Part shown: positions 38,985 to 48,011 of the stretch, one piece after another | How positions within the stretch are numbered: the stretch's first letter is position 1 | Layout of the letters: every line of letters starts with the position of its first letter | The notes under the pieces: generated by a model | The model's database searches: none | The model's input: the letters and a program-made list of their open reading frames with translations, nothing else | Told to the model about the DNA's origin: nothing | Source of the DNA: Akkermansia muciniphila | Lineage (GTDB): Bacteria; Verrucomicrobiota; Verrucomicrobiia; Verrucomicrobiales; Akkermansiaceae | DNA: 64,000 bases | Direction: 5' to 3' | Assembly: GCA_945888515.1 (NCBI GenBank) | Contig: CAMDAD010000010.1 | Location: 39,608 to 103,607 of the forward strand | Translations under genes and position numbers: made by a program

Positions 38985-39560
38985 TCAAAGCCGTGGAATC
39001 ACCAACGAACGACCGATGGCCAGTTTCGTATCGCGCATGCCGTTGGCGCGCTGGATGGAACTGACGCTGGAGCGATAGCGCAGGGCCAAGGCGGATAGCG
39101 TATCGCCCTTTTTCACTACCACGCGAGTGCTACTCGGTTTGGTGGCAACGGCTTTGGTCTTGTTGCTGGTTTTTGCCACTGATGTTGTGCTTTTCGGTGT
39201 GGTGCTCGACTTCACCGTGGTCTTGGGAGGAGTAACGCTTTTTTTCAAGCTTGCGACTTCTACCTGACGCGATGAGGTGGAGGTGCTGATGGGCGTTACA
39301 TTGCTGGGAGGACTGTCGTTCGATGCCAGCAATTCGGAGGAGAGATCTTCGACGGGAGAAGAATCTTTGAAACTTGATCGGCGATTCCATTTCGACGGAT
39401 TATCTGCCCAAGCCTCAACATAGTTCCCCCGGCTGTCAAAGGGCCCATAACCCGTATCCGCAACTCCACCACCGGTGGAGTTGCACGATGACATGATGCC
39501 TACAGCGAAAATCGAACCAAAGAGTGACAGAAATGAGAGAGAGAAAAAAGGAAGTTTCAT
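38985..39560 (-). CDS. LysM domain lipoprotein
   Basis: Lipobox-like MKLPFFSLSFLSLFGSIFAVGIMSSC. Ser/Thr-rich linker. C-terminal LysM domain VVVKKGDTLSALALRYRSSVSSIQRANGM...LVIP. Confidence 0.85.
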   Translation of the reverse strand: MKLPFFSLSFLSLFGSIFAVGIMSSCNSTGGGVADTGYGPFDSRGNYVEAWADNPSKWNRRSSFKDSSPVEDLSSELLASNDSPPSNVTPISTSTSSRQVEVASLKKSVTPPKTTVKSSTTPKSTTSVAKTSNKTKAVATKPSSTRVVVKKGDTLSALALRYRSSVSSIQRANGMRDTKLAIGRSLVIPRL

Positions 39561-39701
39561 ACAAAAAACGGGTAAGTGTTTGAGCGTAAGAATGAACACA
39601 GTGACTTTTCGCATTGCTGTGTCTGCTGTCGAGCGAAAAATTACGGAAAAGTTTGCTAATTTCCTGTTAGGCAGGCTTTCGCATCAGGTGCTAAGCGCAA
39701 A

Positions 39702-39899
39702 TTACATGAATTTTGAGCCAAGCAATCGCGTTACCATACCAAACAAATCACCAGTTTCTCCCGCGAGTAATTTCTCCACCATAGCCCGATCCACCCCTGG
39801 GACTTTCGACTGAACAAAGTCACCTATCGTGTGAATCACCTGATCCACCATCTCTGGCGTGAGACCGAGCGCCATCAGTTTCTGTTTGAGCTCGTCCAT
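39702..39899 (-). CDS. small hypothetical protein (65 aa)
   Basis: MDELKQKLMALGLTPEMVDQVIHTIGDFVQSKVPGV... The upstream part of the track ORF (to 39962) runs into the tRNA-Leu gene, so the ATG at 39899 is used. Confidence 0.45.
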   Translation of the reverse strand: MDELKQKLMALGLTPEMVDQVIHTIGDFVQSKVPGVDRAMVEKLLAGETGDLFGMVTRLLGSKFM

Positions 39900-39923
39900 G
39901 TTGCGATGTTGTTGTGTGATAAG

Positions 39924-40005
39924 TACCGGGAACAGGACTCGAACCTGCACAGATGAATCCACTTGAACCTAAACCAAGCGCGTCTACCAATTCCGCCATC
40001 CCGGC
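39924..40005 (-). tRNA. tRNA-Leu (anticodon TAG), long variable arm, CCA not encoded
   Basis: The reverse complement is GCCGGGATGGCGGAATTGGTAGACGCGCTTGGTTTAGGTTCAAGTGGATTCATCTGTGCAGGTTCGAGTCCTGTTCCCGGTA. Anticodon stem CTTGG/TCAAG, loop TTTAGGT, T arm GCAGG-TTCGAGT-CCTGT. Confidence 0.9.
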
Positions 40006-40015
40006 GCGGGCGCGC

Positions 40016-40044
40016 ACTATGCGCTTGTGAAGTGGAAATGGCAA
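40016..40044 (-). promoter_or_regulatory. putative sigma-70 promoter of tRNA-Leu
   Basis: Minus strand reads TTGCCA-N17-CATAGT, ending about 10 nt before the mature 5' end. It shares the CTTGCCA -35 element with the tRNA-fMet promoter. Confidence 0.35.
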
Positions 40045-40118
40045 GCATGGAATCAGAAAAATGATTTCTTCTCGGTCGTGATTGAATAAATCAAGAATCA
40101 CCGCGTCACACGATTGAG

Positions 40119-41030
40119 ATGAAAAAAAACCTCTTGATTGGTTCTGCTCTGCTTTGCGCCTTGCTGAGCTCCTGCTACACGGATTCGTATTATAGCGGAG
40201 GCTCTGTGAGTCACGGTGTGAGCTCGTTCGGCAGTGCTTATCGCACATCATTTTTCGTCAGCACAGGGGATCCACGCTGGTCTTACGATCCGTATCTTTT
40301 TTGCTACTACGATCGCTATCGCTCGTGTTATTATGATCCCTATCTTTTTGGTTACTATCCGGTTGGCTATCGACCGATGCCGGTTCGCGGTTGTCCGCAT
40401 CCCTATAACTGGTCAGGTTACGGTGCGTGCCCTCCGCCGCAGCAGATACGATCCACCACGCTGAGACGCTACGATCAACGCATCAGCAATTATCAAGCCG
40501 CGAACTATCACTGGGCGCGCCGAGTAGATAGCACGGGTTCTCCCTCCTGGCTGAATTCATCACAGCGCAGCCAACTGCAAGATCGTGCGAGCCAGCCTCA
40601 AGCGCTTCCACCTCAGCAAACGACGCCTTCTTGGATGAATGGAGGCCTCCGACCAACGAGTCGCAGCAGTGGCTTTCACACCAGCCCTCCTCCATTTGGA
40701 CAGACTGATGTTTCTTCCGAAAGTCGGAGTCGATCTTTGCGCAGTGCCTCGCAGTTCTCTAACCCAGCGACCCCAGCGATCGAACCTCGCCCTGCGCGCG
40801 GCGGTATGTTCGATGGACTCAGCCGCAGCACGGGCACGCGCCCCCAGGCTGATGCTCCCTCCGCGCAGTTAGAACGAACTCCTGCACCGCGCAGTGCCCC
40901 AGAGGCGCCCTCGCGTTCGACTCCACGGAATGATTCTCCGGAGACGACTGATGGCGCAAATGGCAATTCATCGCTGGGCGGCGGTGCTTCGGGTAGCTCG
41001 GGTGGGGGATTGCGACGTTTTCAGCGTTAA
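40119..41030 (+). CDS. lipoprotein with a Tyr-rich duplicated motif and a disordered Ser/Pro/Arg-rich tail
   Basis: Lipobox MKKNLLIGSALLCALLSSC. YDPYLF(C/G)YY occurs twice. The C-terminal half is low complexity. Confidence 0.7.
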   Translation: MKKNLLIGSALLCALLSSCYTDSYYSGGSVSHGVSSFGSAYRTSFFVSTGDPRWSYDPYLFCYYDRYRSCYYDPYLFGYYPVGYRPMPVRGCPHPYNWSGYGACPPPQQIRSTTLRRYDQRISNYQAANYHWARRVDSTGSPSWLNSSQRSQLQDRASQPQALPPQQTTPSWMNGGLRPTSRSSGFHTSPPPFGQTDVSSESRSRSLRSASQFSNPATPAIEPRPARGGMFDGLSRSTGTRPQADAPSAQLERTPAPRSAPEAPSRSTPRNDSPETTDGANGNSSLGGGASGSSGGGLRRFQR

Positions 41031-41163
41031 TTTTCCGAGCCCATCTTCGAATCAACCATGCTCCGCCGTGGCTCGTGTTGCGCAAGCCATAGGACGTGCG
41101 GATGGGAAAATGTCTTGCCGATTCCACTTGCCTCTCGAGGTGTAGCGGTTAGTCTGCTGACGC

Positions 41164-42153
41164 ATGCAACGGATTATCGATGTTTTTACGAATGACAGCG
41201 CAGCGTCATCACGCACTTTTTCTGTGAAGAAATTGTTCTATGTTCCGCTGTTCTTTCTTCTCTTAGTCGGGGGATTCAGTTCCTTCTATACAGTCAACAC
41301 GGAATCGGTTGCCGTGGTTCAACGCTTCGGTCGGTTCCAAAAAATCACACCTCCGGGACTGCATTTCAAACTACCATTTTCCGTGGACCGCGTCACAATC
41401 GTGCCTACCTTGCGTCAGTTAAAATTGGAATTTGGCTTCGCCACACGCGGCGCTACCAATGAATACCAAGGCAGCCAGCAGTCAGAAATGGAGCGTAATA
41501 TGGTCACGGGTGATCTCAATGCGTCCGAGGTCGAGTGGGTCGTGCAATACGGCATTTCCGATCCGGCACAGTATTTGTTCCATGTGCACGAACCCGAGGC
41601 CACGCTGCGTGATATTTCCGAGAGCTCGATGAATGAAGTCGTGGGCGACCGCACCATTGACGAAGTCCTCACGTATGGTCGCAGTGAAATCGAAATCGAC
41701 TGCTTGAAAAAACTACAAACGACCATGGAACAATTCAACATGGGAATCCGCGTTGAGCAGATTCAGTTGAAAAACGTTCATCCGCCGCGTGCCGTCCAAA
41801 ATTCTTTCGATGAGGTCAATCGCGCCCAACAGGAACGAGAAGAGCGCATTAATATCGCGAACGGTGAGCGAAACAAGGTCATCCCCAAGGCCAGCGGACT
41901 GGCCCAACAAATGATTTCTGCTGCTGAAGGTTACGCGCTGCAGCGCACGAACGAAGCTCAGGGCGATGTCGCTCGTTTCAATCAATTGCTGGTGCAGTAT
42001 GAAAAAGCGCCGCTGGTGACCAAACAACGGCTTTACCTCGAGACCATGAACACGGTGCTGCCGAAAATGGGTAGCAAAGTCATCATCGATGAAGACGCCA
42101 AGCAGTTTCTTCCTCTCATGAACCTGCAAGCATCTCCCACTCCCAAACGCTAA
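41164..42153 (+). CDS. hflK: FtsH protease modulator HflK (SPFH/band-7)
   Basis: N-terminal TM helix, SPFH domain (VVQRFGRFQKITPPGLHFKLPF) and a coiled-coil C terminus. Followed by hflC. Confidence 0.88.
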   Translation: MQRIIDVFTNDSAASSRTFSVKKLFYVPLFFLLLVGGFSSFYTVNTESVAVVQRFGRFQKITPPGLHFKLPFSVDRVTIVPTLRQLKLEFGFATRGATNEYQGSQQSEMERNMVTGDLNASEVEWVVQYGISDPAQYLFHVHEPEATLRDISESSMNEVVGDRTIDEVLTYGRSEIEIDCLKKLQTTMEQFNMGIRVEQIQLKNVHPPRAVQNSFDEVNRAQQEREERINIANGERNKVIPKASGLAQQMISAAEGYALQRTNEAQGDVARFNQLLVQYEKAPLVTKQRLYLETMNTVLPKMGSKVIIDEDAKQFLPLMNLQASPTPKR

Positions 42154-42158
42154 CTGTT

Positions 42159-43163
42159 ATGAAAAAACTTTCCTTTCCCGCCTTTGTTTTTCTCGGCTTC
42201 ATCGCAGTAGTCGTTGTCTCGAGCAGTGCCTACGTGATCGATGAGACCGAACAGGTCATCATCACGGAGTTCGGCAAACCAGTCGGCAATCCCATCAATA
42301 GCGATCCAAACGACAAAGAAGCTGGCCTGCATTTCAAAAAACCGTTCATCCAGACCGTCAATCGCATCGAAAAACGCGTGATGGAATGGGATGGCCCGCC
42401 TACAGAAATGCCCACGCGCGACAAGCTCTACATCACCGTCGATAACTTCGCCCGCTGGCGCATCGCCGATCCGAAAAAATACTTCGAAAGCTTGCGCGAC
42501 ACTCGCACTGCCCTCTCTCGGTTGGATGACGCCATCGGCGGTGCCACGCGCAGCATCATCGCCAAACACGATCTGATCGAAGTGATCCGCACTGACAAAG
42601 CACGGATTGCCACACTGCCGGATGATCTGGTGGAAACGGGTATTCCTGCGACACTGCCAAGCATCCGCTACGGTCGTCAAACTCTCGATCAGGAGATCCT
42701 CGCTAGTGCCAAAGACAAGGCGAAATTGTGGGGCATCGAGCTCATCGACGTGCGCTTCAAACGCATCAACTACAAGGCTGGGGTCATCGACAAGATCTAC
42801 GACCGCATGCGCACCGAGCGCCAACAGATCGCTTCGAAATACATTTCCGAAGGCGAGGGTGAGGCGGCGAAGATCAAGGGCAGGACCGAAAAGGAGCTGC
42901 TGCAAATCCAATCGGAAGCCTATCGCAAGGAGCAGGAAATCAAAGGCAAGGCCGATGCCGAGGCCACACAGATTTATGCCACTGCCTACAACAGCAGCGC
43001 GAAGGCACCGGATTTCTATCAGTTCCTCAAAACGCTCGATACGTATGAAAAAACGATTGATCGTGAAACCACTGCCATTTTCACCACGGACAGCGATCTG
43101 TTTCGCTTGCTGAAGAGCGTGGAAAAGGAAGCCGCTGCGGAACCGGCCGCGCCTACGCCATGA
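42159..43163 (+). CDS. hflC: FtsH protease modulator HflC (SPFH/band-7)
   Basis: N-terminal TM helix, then SPFH domain (VIITEFGKPVG...GLHFKKPFIQTV). 5 nt after hflK. Confidence 0.88.
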   Translation: MKKLSFPAFVFLGFIAVVVVSSSAYVIDETEQVIITEFGKPVGNPINSDPNDKEAGLHFKKPFIQTVNRIEKRVMEWDGPPTEMPTRDKLYITVDNFARWRIADPKKYFESLRDTRTALSRLDDAIGGATRSIIAKHDLIEVIRTDKARIATLPDDLVETGIPATLPSIRYGRQTLDQEILASAKDKAKLWGIELIDVRFKRINYKAGVIDKIYDRMRTERQQIASKYISEGEGEAAKIKGRTEKELLQIQSEAYRKEQEIKGKADAEATQIYATAYNSSAKAPDFYQFLKTLDTYEKTIDRETTAIFTTDSDLFRLLKSVEKEAAAEPAAPTP

Positions 43164-43695
43164 TTGCGCGCGCGATTTGCGCGCGCACCTCAACGCCGCA
43201 CATCCGCTCGACAAGGACGAGCCCGAAGTCTAGCGCCGTGCCAGCGCCTTGGGAAGTGATGAGTGTGCCATCGATCACCACCCTTTCGTTCTTCTGCGCC
43301 GCCGCCAGCTCCATCCAGCAACTGTCGTGACAGGTGAACTGTTTGCCCCCTAACAATCCGGCATCCTGCAATAACAAAGGCGCGGCACAGATCGCGGCAA
43401 GTGGCTTTCCACTTTGTCCATAAGCGCGCAGAAAACCTAACAGATCCTGCCGCTCCCGCAAAGCCATCACTCCTGGACCGCCCGGCAGCACCAACAGATC
43501 CACATCGGTGGCATCGACCTCCGAGAAGCTCTGATCGCACTGCACCACAAAGCCACCACGCGTGCTCACGAGTCGCGTCTCTTCCATAGAAGCAAAACTC
43601 ACTGCCAACCCCGCTCGGCGCAGCAAATCCGCCGGTGCGATGAGTTCCAATTCCTCCACCCCGTGACCGAAGACAAACAACACGTTATTTTGCAT
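43153..43695 (-). CDS. DJ-1/PfpI family protein
   Basis: VLPGGPG and the nucleophile elbow AAICAAP. The ATG at 43695 (MQNNVLFVFGHG) is preferred over the longer track ORF. Confidence 0.85.
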   Translation of the reverse strand: MQNNVLFVFGHGVEELELIAPADLLRRAGLAVSFASMEETRLVSTRGGFVVQCDQSFSEVDATDVDLLVLPGGPGVMALRERQDLLGFLRAYGQSGKPLAAICAAPLLLQDAGLLGGKQFTCHDSCWMELAAAQKNERVVIDGTLITSQGAGTALDFGLVLVERMCGVEVRAQIARAIMA

Positions 43696-43780
43696 GGCAC
43701 AGCCATAGACTGGGTTGCGAAATCTTTCCAATCGCAATCTTGCATTCCGCGCGGAAATCCGCTAAGTTTTCCCTTCCCCG

Positions 43781-45028
43781 ATGAGCACCGCCGCTGATTT
43801 CGCCCACTATGTTCTGCCGACCTACGGTCGTTTCCCGCTTGTACCCGTCAAGGGTCAGGGCTCGTATCTATGGGATGATCAGGGCAAACGCTACCTTGAT
43901 TTCTGCACGGGCATCGCCGTTTGCTCGATCGGTCACTGCCATCCATCTCTCACCTCCGCGATCCAGGAACAGTGTGCGACATTGATGCACTGCTCGAATC
44001 TCTATCAAATCCCGCAACAAGCAGAGTTGGCGCGCGTGATCGTGGAAACCCACGTGAAGCTCCCCGGCAAAGTCTTTTTCTCCAATTCCGGTGCTGAGGC
44101 TAACGACGGGCTGATTAAAACTGCGCGTCGTTTTGGCCATGCGAAACCACAGCCGAATGGTGAGGCACGCTACGAGGTAATCACCTTTACCCAATCTTTT
44201 CACGGTCGCACGCTCGGCTCCATGGCCGCCACGGCGCAGAAAAAAATCCACGAAGGCTTCGATCCGCTTCTCCCCGGTTTTCGCTACTGCCCTTTCAACG
44301 ATCTCGCCGCTCTGGAGGCAGCCATTTCTCCCATCACCGCCGCGATTCTGTTAGAGCCAGTGCAGGGTGAAGGCGGCGTAAATGTGGCGGATCCCGCCTT
44401 CGTTCGCGGTGCTGCAGCATTAGCAAAAAAACACGACTTACTCTTGTTTTTCGATGAGGTGCAAGCAGGCTTCGGTCGATGTGGTCAGGCGATGGCATGG
44501 CGCGCGCTGTGCCCCGAAATCGAGCCCGATGGCATTTCCTGGGCCAAGGGCATGGGCGGTGGTTTTCCCATCGGCTCCTTCTGGATTTCTGATCGCCTGA
44601 TCGATGGAGAAAAACCTCTTAGTTCGCTGATGAGCCCGGGCTCGCACGGATCGACCTACGGTGGCAATCCACTCGCTTGTGCGGCTTCGCTCGCGGTGCT
44701 GGATGTCATCGAGCGCGAACAACTCGGCGCTCACGCTCTCGCGATGGAAGCGCACATTCGCGCGCAATTCGCGACTTGGAATCTCCCCGCCCTCACCGGC
44801 CTGCGCGGAATGGGCTTGTTGTTGGGCTTCACCTTGGATGCCTCGTTCATTCCGGCGGTGGAAGGAAAAACTCCTGCTCAGGTGATCGTCGCGCAACTCA
44901 TGGAGCACGGACTTCTCACCGTCCCTGCCGGCCCCGACGTCGTGCGTTTCTTGCCACCACTCACCGTCAGCCGCGAGGAAATCGATGAGGCGCTGCGCAT
45001 CCTCCATCAAACCGTCATTTCTCTCTAA
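43781..45028 (+). CDS. argD: acetylornithine aminotransferase ArgD
   Basis: Class-III aminotransferase: SNSGAEANDG, FDEVQAGFGRCG and WAKGMGGGFP. Directly upstream of argF. Confidence 0.9.
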   Translation: MSTAADFAHYVLPTYGRFPLVPVKGQGSYLWDDQGKRYLDFCTGIAVCSIGHCHPSLTSAIQEQCATLMHCSNLYQIPQQAELARVIVETHVKLPGKVFFSNSGAEANDGLIKTARRFGHAKPQPNGEARYEVITFTQSFHGRTLGSMAATAQKKIHEGFDPLLPGFRYCPFNDLAALEAAISPITAAILLEPVQGEGGVNVADPAFVRGAAALAKKHDLLLFFDEVQAGFGRCGQAMAWRALCPEIEPDGISWAKGMGGGFPIGSFWISDRLIDGEKPLSSLMSPGSHGSTYGGNPLACAASLAVLDVIEREQLGAHALAMEAHIRAQFATWNLPALTGLRGMGLLLGFTLDASFIPAVEGKTPAQVIVAQLMEHGLLTVPAGPDVVRFLPPLTVSREEIDEALRILHQTVISL

Positions 45029-45032
45029 CACC

Positions 45033-45929
45033 ATGCAACACCTGCTTTCTATCGAAGACCTGGACGCCGCGACCATCGAGCACCTGCTCGCCGATGCCAC
45101 GCGCCTCAAGGCGCAGCGCGGTTCCCACGAGAAAGCTCTGGCGGGCCAGACTTGGGCGATGATTTTCACTAAGTCCTCCACCCGCACCCGCGTGTCCTTC
45201 GAGGTCGGCATCCGCGAGCTCGGCGGCTTCCCGATGTTTCTCTCGAAAAACGACATCCAACTCGGCCGCGGCGAACCCATCCAAGACACCGCCCGCGTGC
45301 TCGGTCGCATGGTTCACGGCATCGTCATCCGCACCTTCGATCAAAAGGATGTTGTCGATTTTGCCGAGCTCTCCGGCATCCCCGTGATCAATGCGCTCAC
45401 AGATGAAGAACACCCCTGCCAGATCCTCGCCGATCTGCTCACTGTGCAGGAATTCCTCGGTGGGTGGACGGGTAAAAAAATCGCCTTCATCGGCGATGGC
45501 TTTTCCAACATGACTGTCTCGTGGATGTGGGCGGCGAAACACCTCGGCTTTGCTCTTGCCGTTGCCTGCCCCGCCGACTACGCACCGAGCGCCGCGTTTC
45601 TGGAAAAACTCAACGCCCCCAACGTCACTATCACGCACGATCCCGTTGTCGCTGCCCAAGACGCGCACGTCATCAATACCGATGTCTGGCTCTCGATGGG
45701 GCAGGAGGATCAAAAAGAAAAGGAACTCGCCTTCGGCCCCTTTCAAGTGAATGCCGCATTGCTCGCTCACTCGGCACCCGGTCACATCGTCCTCCATTGC
45801 CTACCCGCCTATCGCGGCAAAGAGATCACCGAGGAAGTGTTAGAGCATCACGCCAGCGTCATCTTCCAACAAGCCGAAAACCGCCTCCATGCGCAAAAGG
45901 CTGTGCTGGTGGCCATTGCACAGAAATGA
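45033..45929 (+). CDS. argF: ornithine carbamoyltransferase ArgF
   Basis: FTKSSTRTRVSFE, HPCQILAD, DVWLSMG and HCLPAYRG motifs. ATG at 45033 (MQHLLSIEDL). Confidence 0.95.
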   Translation: MQHLLSIEDLDAATIEHLLADATRLKAQRGSHEKALAGQTWAMIFTKSSTRTRVSFEVGIRELGGFPMFLSKNDIQLGRGEPIQDTARVLGRMVHGIVIRTFDQKDVVDFAELSGIPVINALTDEEHPCQILADLLTVQEFLGGWTGKKIAFIGDGFSNMTVSWMWAAKHLGFALAVACPADYAPSAAFLEKLNAPNVTITHDPVVAAQDAHVINTDVWLSMGQEDQKEKELAFGPFQVNAALLAHSAPGHIVLHCLPAYRGKEITEEVLEHHASVIFQQAENRLHAQKAVLVAIAQK

Positions 45930-46151
45930 CGGGGAGCACACGCGTTCCCGCGTGTATTGCAGCTCGCCCTCGCGCTGCGACGGATCGAGCCACCACTCAT
46001 GCAGTTTTCCCCTCATCGCCGCTCTGAAAAGGAAGCACTTGCCGCTTACGTCTGGATGCTGTCTTGCGATCCGATCAAATCTGGAATTACTTCGTTTCTT
46101 TTTCGAACATTTTCTGTAACAAAGCCTGAGATCTTTGGAGAAGCTACCTGA

Positions 46152-46682
46152 ATGCTGACGACGGAACAACAGGAACACTTCACCCAACTGTGGACGGAAG
46201 CGCAGTCCACGGTAGCTTGTTTTGTGCACACCAGCATTCGCGACCGTGGGCAAGCCGAGGATCTGCTGCAGGAAATCGCGATGACGTTGCTGCGGAAATT
46301 TACCACCTATGACACATCGATGCCCTTCTTGCCATGGGCCATGGGAGTTGCAAAATTTGCGATTCTCGGCAGCAAGAGGGACTACGCGAGATCGCGGTTG
46401 GTATTCGATGAGGCATTGCTAGAACGCATCTCTCAAACGATTCTCGAAGTGGCTCCCACGCAGCGAGACGAAGAGGCGTTTCTCGATGTCTGCCTCGCGA
46501 AGCTCGCACCCAAAGCGCGCTACATCGTGCGGTTGCGTTACTACGATTCTCTCGATGCGAACGAGATGGCCCGAGTGCTGGGCACCACGGAAGGTGCGAT
46601 CCGAGTGAGCTTGCTGCGCATTCGCGAGCAATTGCGCAAGTGCATCCAGAACCAAACCCAACGAGCCAGGAGTTATCCATGA
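46152..46682 (+). CDS. ECF sigma factor (Rhodopirellula/Verrucomicrobium-type)
   Basis: 176 aa. Region 2 AEDLLQEIAMTLLRKF and region 4 ARYIVRLRYYDSLDANEMARVLGTTEGAIRVSLLRIR. The stop overlaps the next start (ATGA). Confidence 0.88.
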   Translation: MLTTEQQEHFTQLWTEAQSTVACFVHTSIRDRGQAEDLLQEIAMTLLRKFTTYDTSMPFLPWAMGVAKFAILGSKRDYARSRLVFDEALLERISQTILEVAPTQRDEEAFLDVCLAKLAPKARYIVRLRYYDSLDANEMARVLGTTEGAIRVSLLRIREQLRKCIQNQTQRARSYP

Positions 46683-47974
46683 AGCGCTTTGATGATCTGA
46701 TTTCCCGTTACTACGAAAATGGCCTAAACGAAAGTGAGTGTGGCGAACTTCGTGAGTTGCTTGACGGCGATGACCGATTGCTGCGCGCCTTTGTCAGTAG
46801 GGGAATCGAAGAAGAACAACTCAGAACTGCCATCCGCCGCAGTGTGGTGCTAGAGGACTCGGACACATGTGTTAGAGAGCGAGGGCGATTCTCACGCGGA
46901 CGCATTGCATGGCTTACCGCCGCAGCATTGATCGCGATTTTTGTGACGACATGGATCGTTTCGACGCGCGGCGTTGTCGTAGATGTGATCGCCGCACACG
47001 ACGTCAAAGTCGCGGATGGCAGCATGACTCCCGCCGTGGGTAGTCGGGGGCGAATACGCGACCTTGCCATTGATGCGGGCCTACTCCACTTGCGTTTGCC
47101 CAATGGTGTTACCATCGAGTTACTAGCCCCCGCACAACTTCGATTTCTAGATCCGCTGCATGTTCAGATGGTTTCGGGAAAAGCGACGGTTGATGTCGGT
47201 CATCAGGGCAAGGGATTCATCTTGGATGCCCCCCAGACCCGCGTGGTGGATCTTGGCACTCGGTTTGGCGTGGATGCCTCCAGCGCGGATTCTACCGGCG
47301 TCGTGGTCATTGAAGGTAGTGTGGAGCTGCATTCGAAGGAGGGGAAAGTCAATCATCTCGCCGAGGGCGAGGGCGTGGTGGTCAATACCTCCGGCATCAT
47401 CGATAAACTTGACCAAGTGCGTTTCAATCCTCGCACTGGGCAGTGGAGTACTGGCGCACTGGATGACGGCAGTTCGTTGATTCGCTCGGTTCGCAACAAT
47501 CAAAAGGACCAATCCGTTTATCACATCGTCGCGGGTGGTCTGGTCGAGTCTGTGCCAGCGCATCACAATCGCAACGCCCGCTGGGTGAGCTTACCCGAAA
47601 AGCCGATTCCCTCGTGGCTACTCGGTGCGGATCTCGTGTTGCCAGCACATTCTCACCGCGATCGGAAGGATCTTCGTGTGACCGTCACGGTCGCGCCGGC
47701 CACAGCACTCTTCGTTTTCCAGCGCAGAAACCAGGCTCCTGCGCCGTGGCTCGTGGATGGTTTTGTTCGCACGGGTGAGATGATCGGCAAAGTCAGTATT
47801 GAAAAAGACCGAGAGAACAAGCCGGTATCTTTCGATATTTGGCGCCGTGATATGCCGCAGGGTGGCGAAGTCATACTCGGACCCGCGGCACAGAACGGAG
47901 CCATTGATGCCAGCACCATTCTGTATGGAATCGCCGCATTGCCCGTGGATGCAGTTCCTCGTTGGCATCATTGA
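46679..47974 (+). CDS. FecR-like anti-sigma factor
   Basis: Anti-sigma N-terminal helix MKRFDDLISRYYENGLNESECGELRELL, one TM helix (IAWLTAAALIAIFVTTWIV) and the FecR motif VVDLGTRFGV. Confidence 0.8.
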   Translation: MKRFDDLISRYYENGLNESECGELRELLDGDDRLLRAFVSRGIEEEQLRTAIRRSVVLEDSDTCVRERGRFSRGRIAWLTAAALIAIFVTTWIVSTRGVVVDVIAAHDVKVADGSMTPAVGSRGRIRDLAIDAGLLHLRLPNGVTIELLAPAQLRFLDPLHVQMVSGKATVDVGHQGKGFILDAPQTRVVDLGTRFGVDASSADSTGVVVIEGSVELHSKEGKVNHLAEGEGVVVNTSGIIDKLDQVRFNPRTGQWSTGALDDGSSLIRSVRNNQKDQSVYHIVAGGLVESVPAHHNRNARWVSLPEKPIPSWLLGADLVLPAHSHRDRKDLRVTVTVAPATALFVFQRRNQAPAPWLVDGFVRTGEMIGKVSIEKDRENKPVSFDIWRRDMPQGGEVILGPAAQNGAIDASTILYGIAALPVDAVPRWHH

Positions 47975-48011
47975 AAAAAATGGTAAGTTTGATGGATCGC
48001 TCGAAGCCCAC

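Noticed and set aside
42150-43214. 354-aa minus-strand ORF antisense to hflC
   Set aside because: The sense strand encodes a clear SPFH-domain HflC. The antisense product is Arg/Ala/Gly/Phe-rich with no motifs, which is typical of a stop-poor antisense frame in GC-rich coding DNA.
45930-46151. ECF-type promoter (GGAAT-N16-CGAA) upstream of the sigma gene at 46152
   Set aside because: The match is to a loose consensus only. Without a second instance, for example upstream of 48012, it is not supportable.
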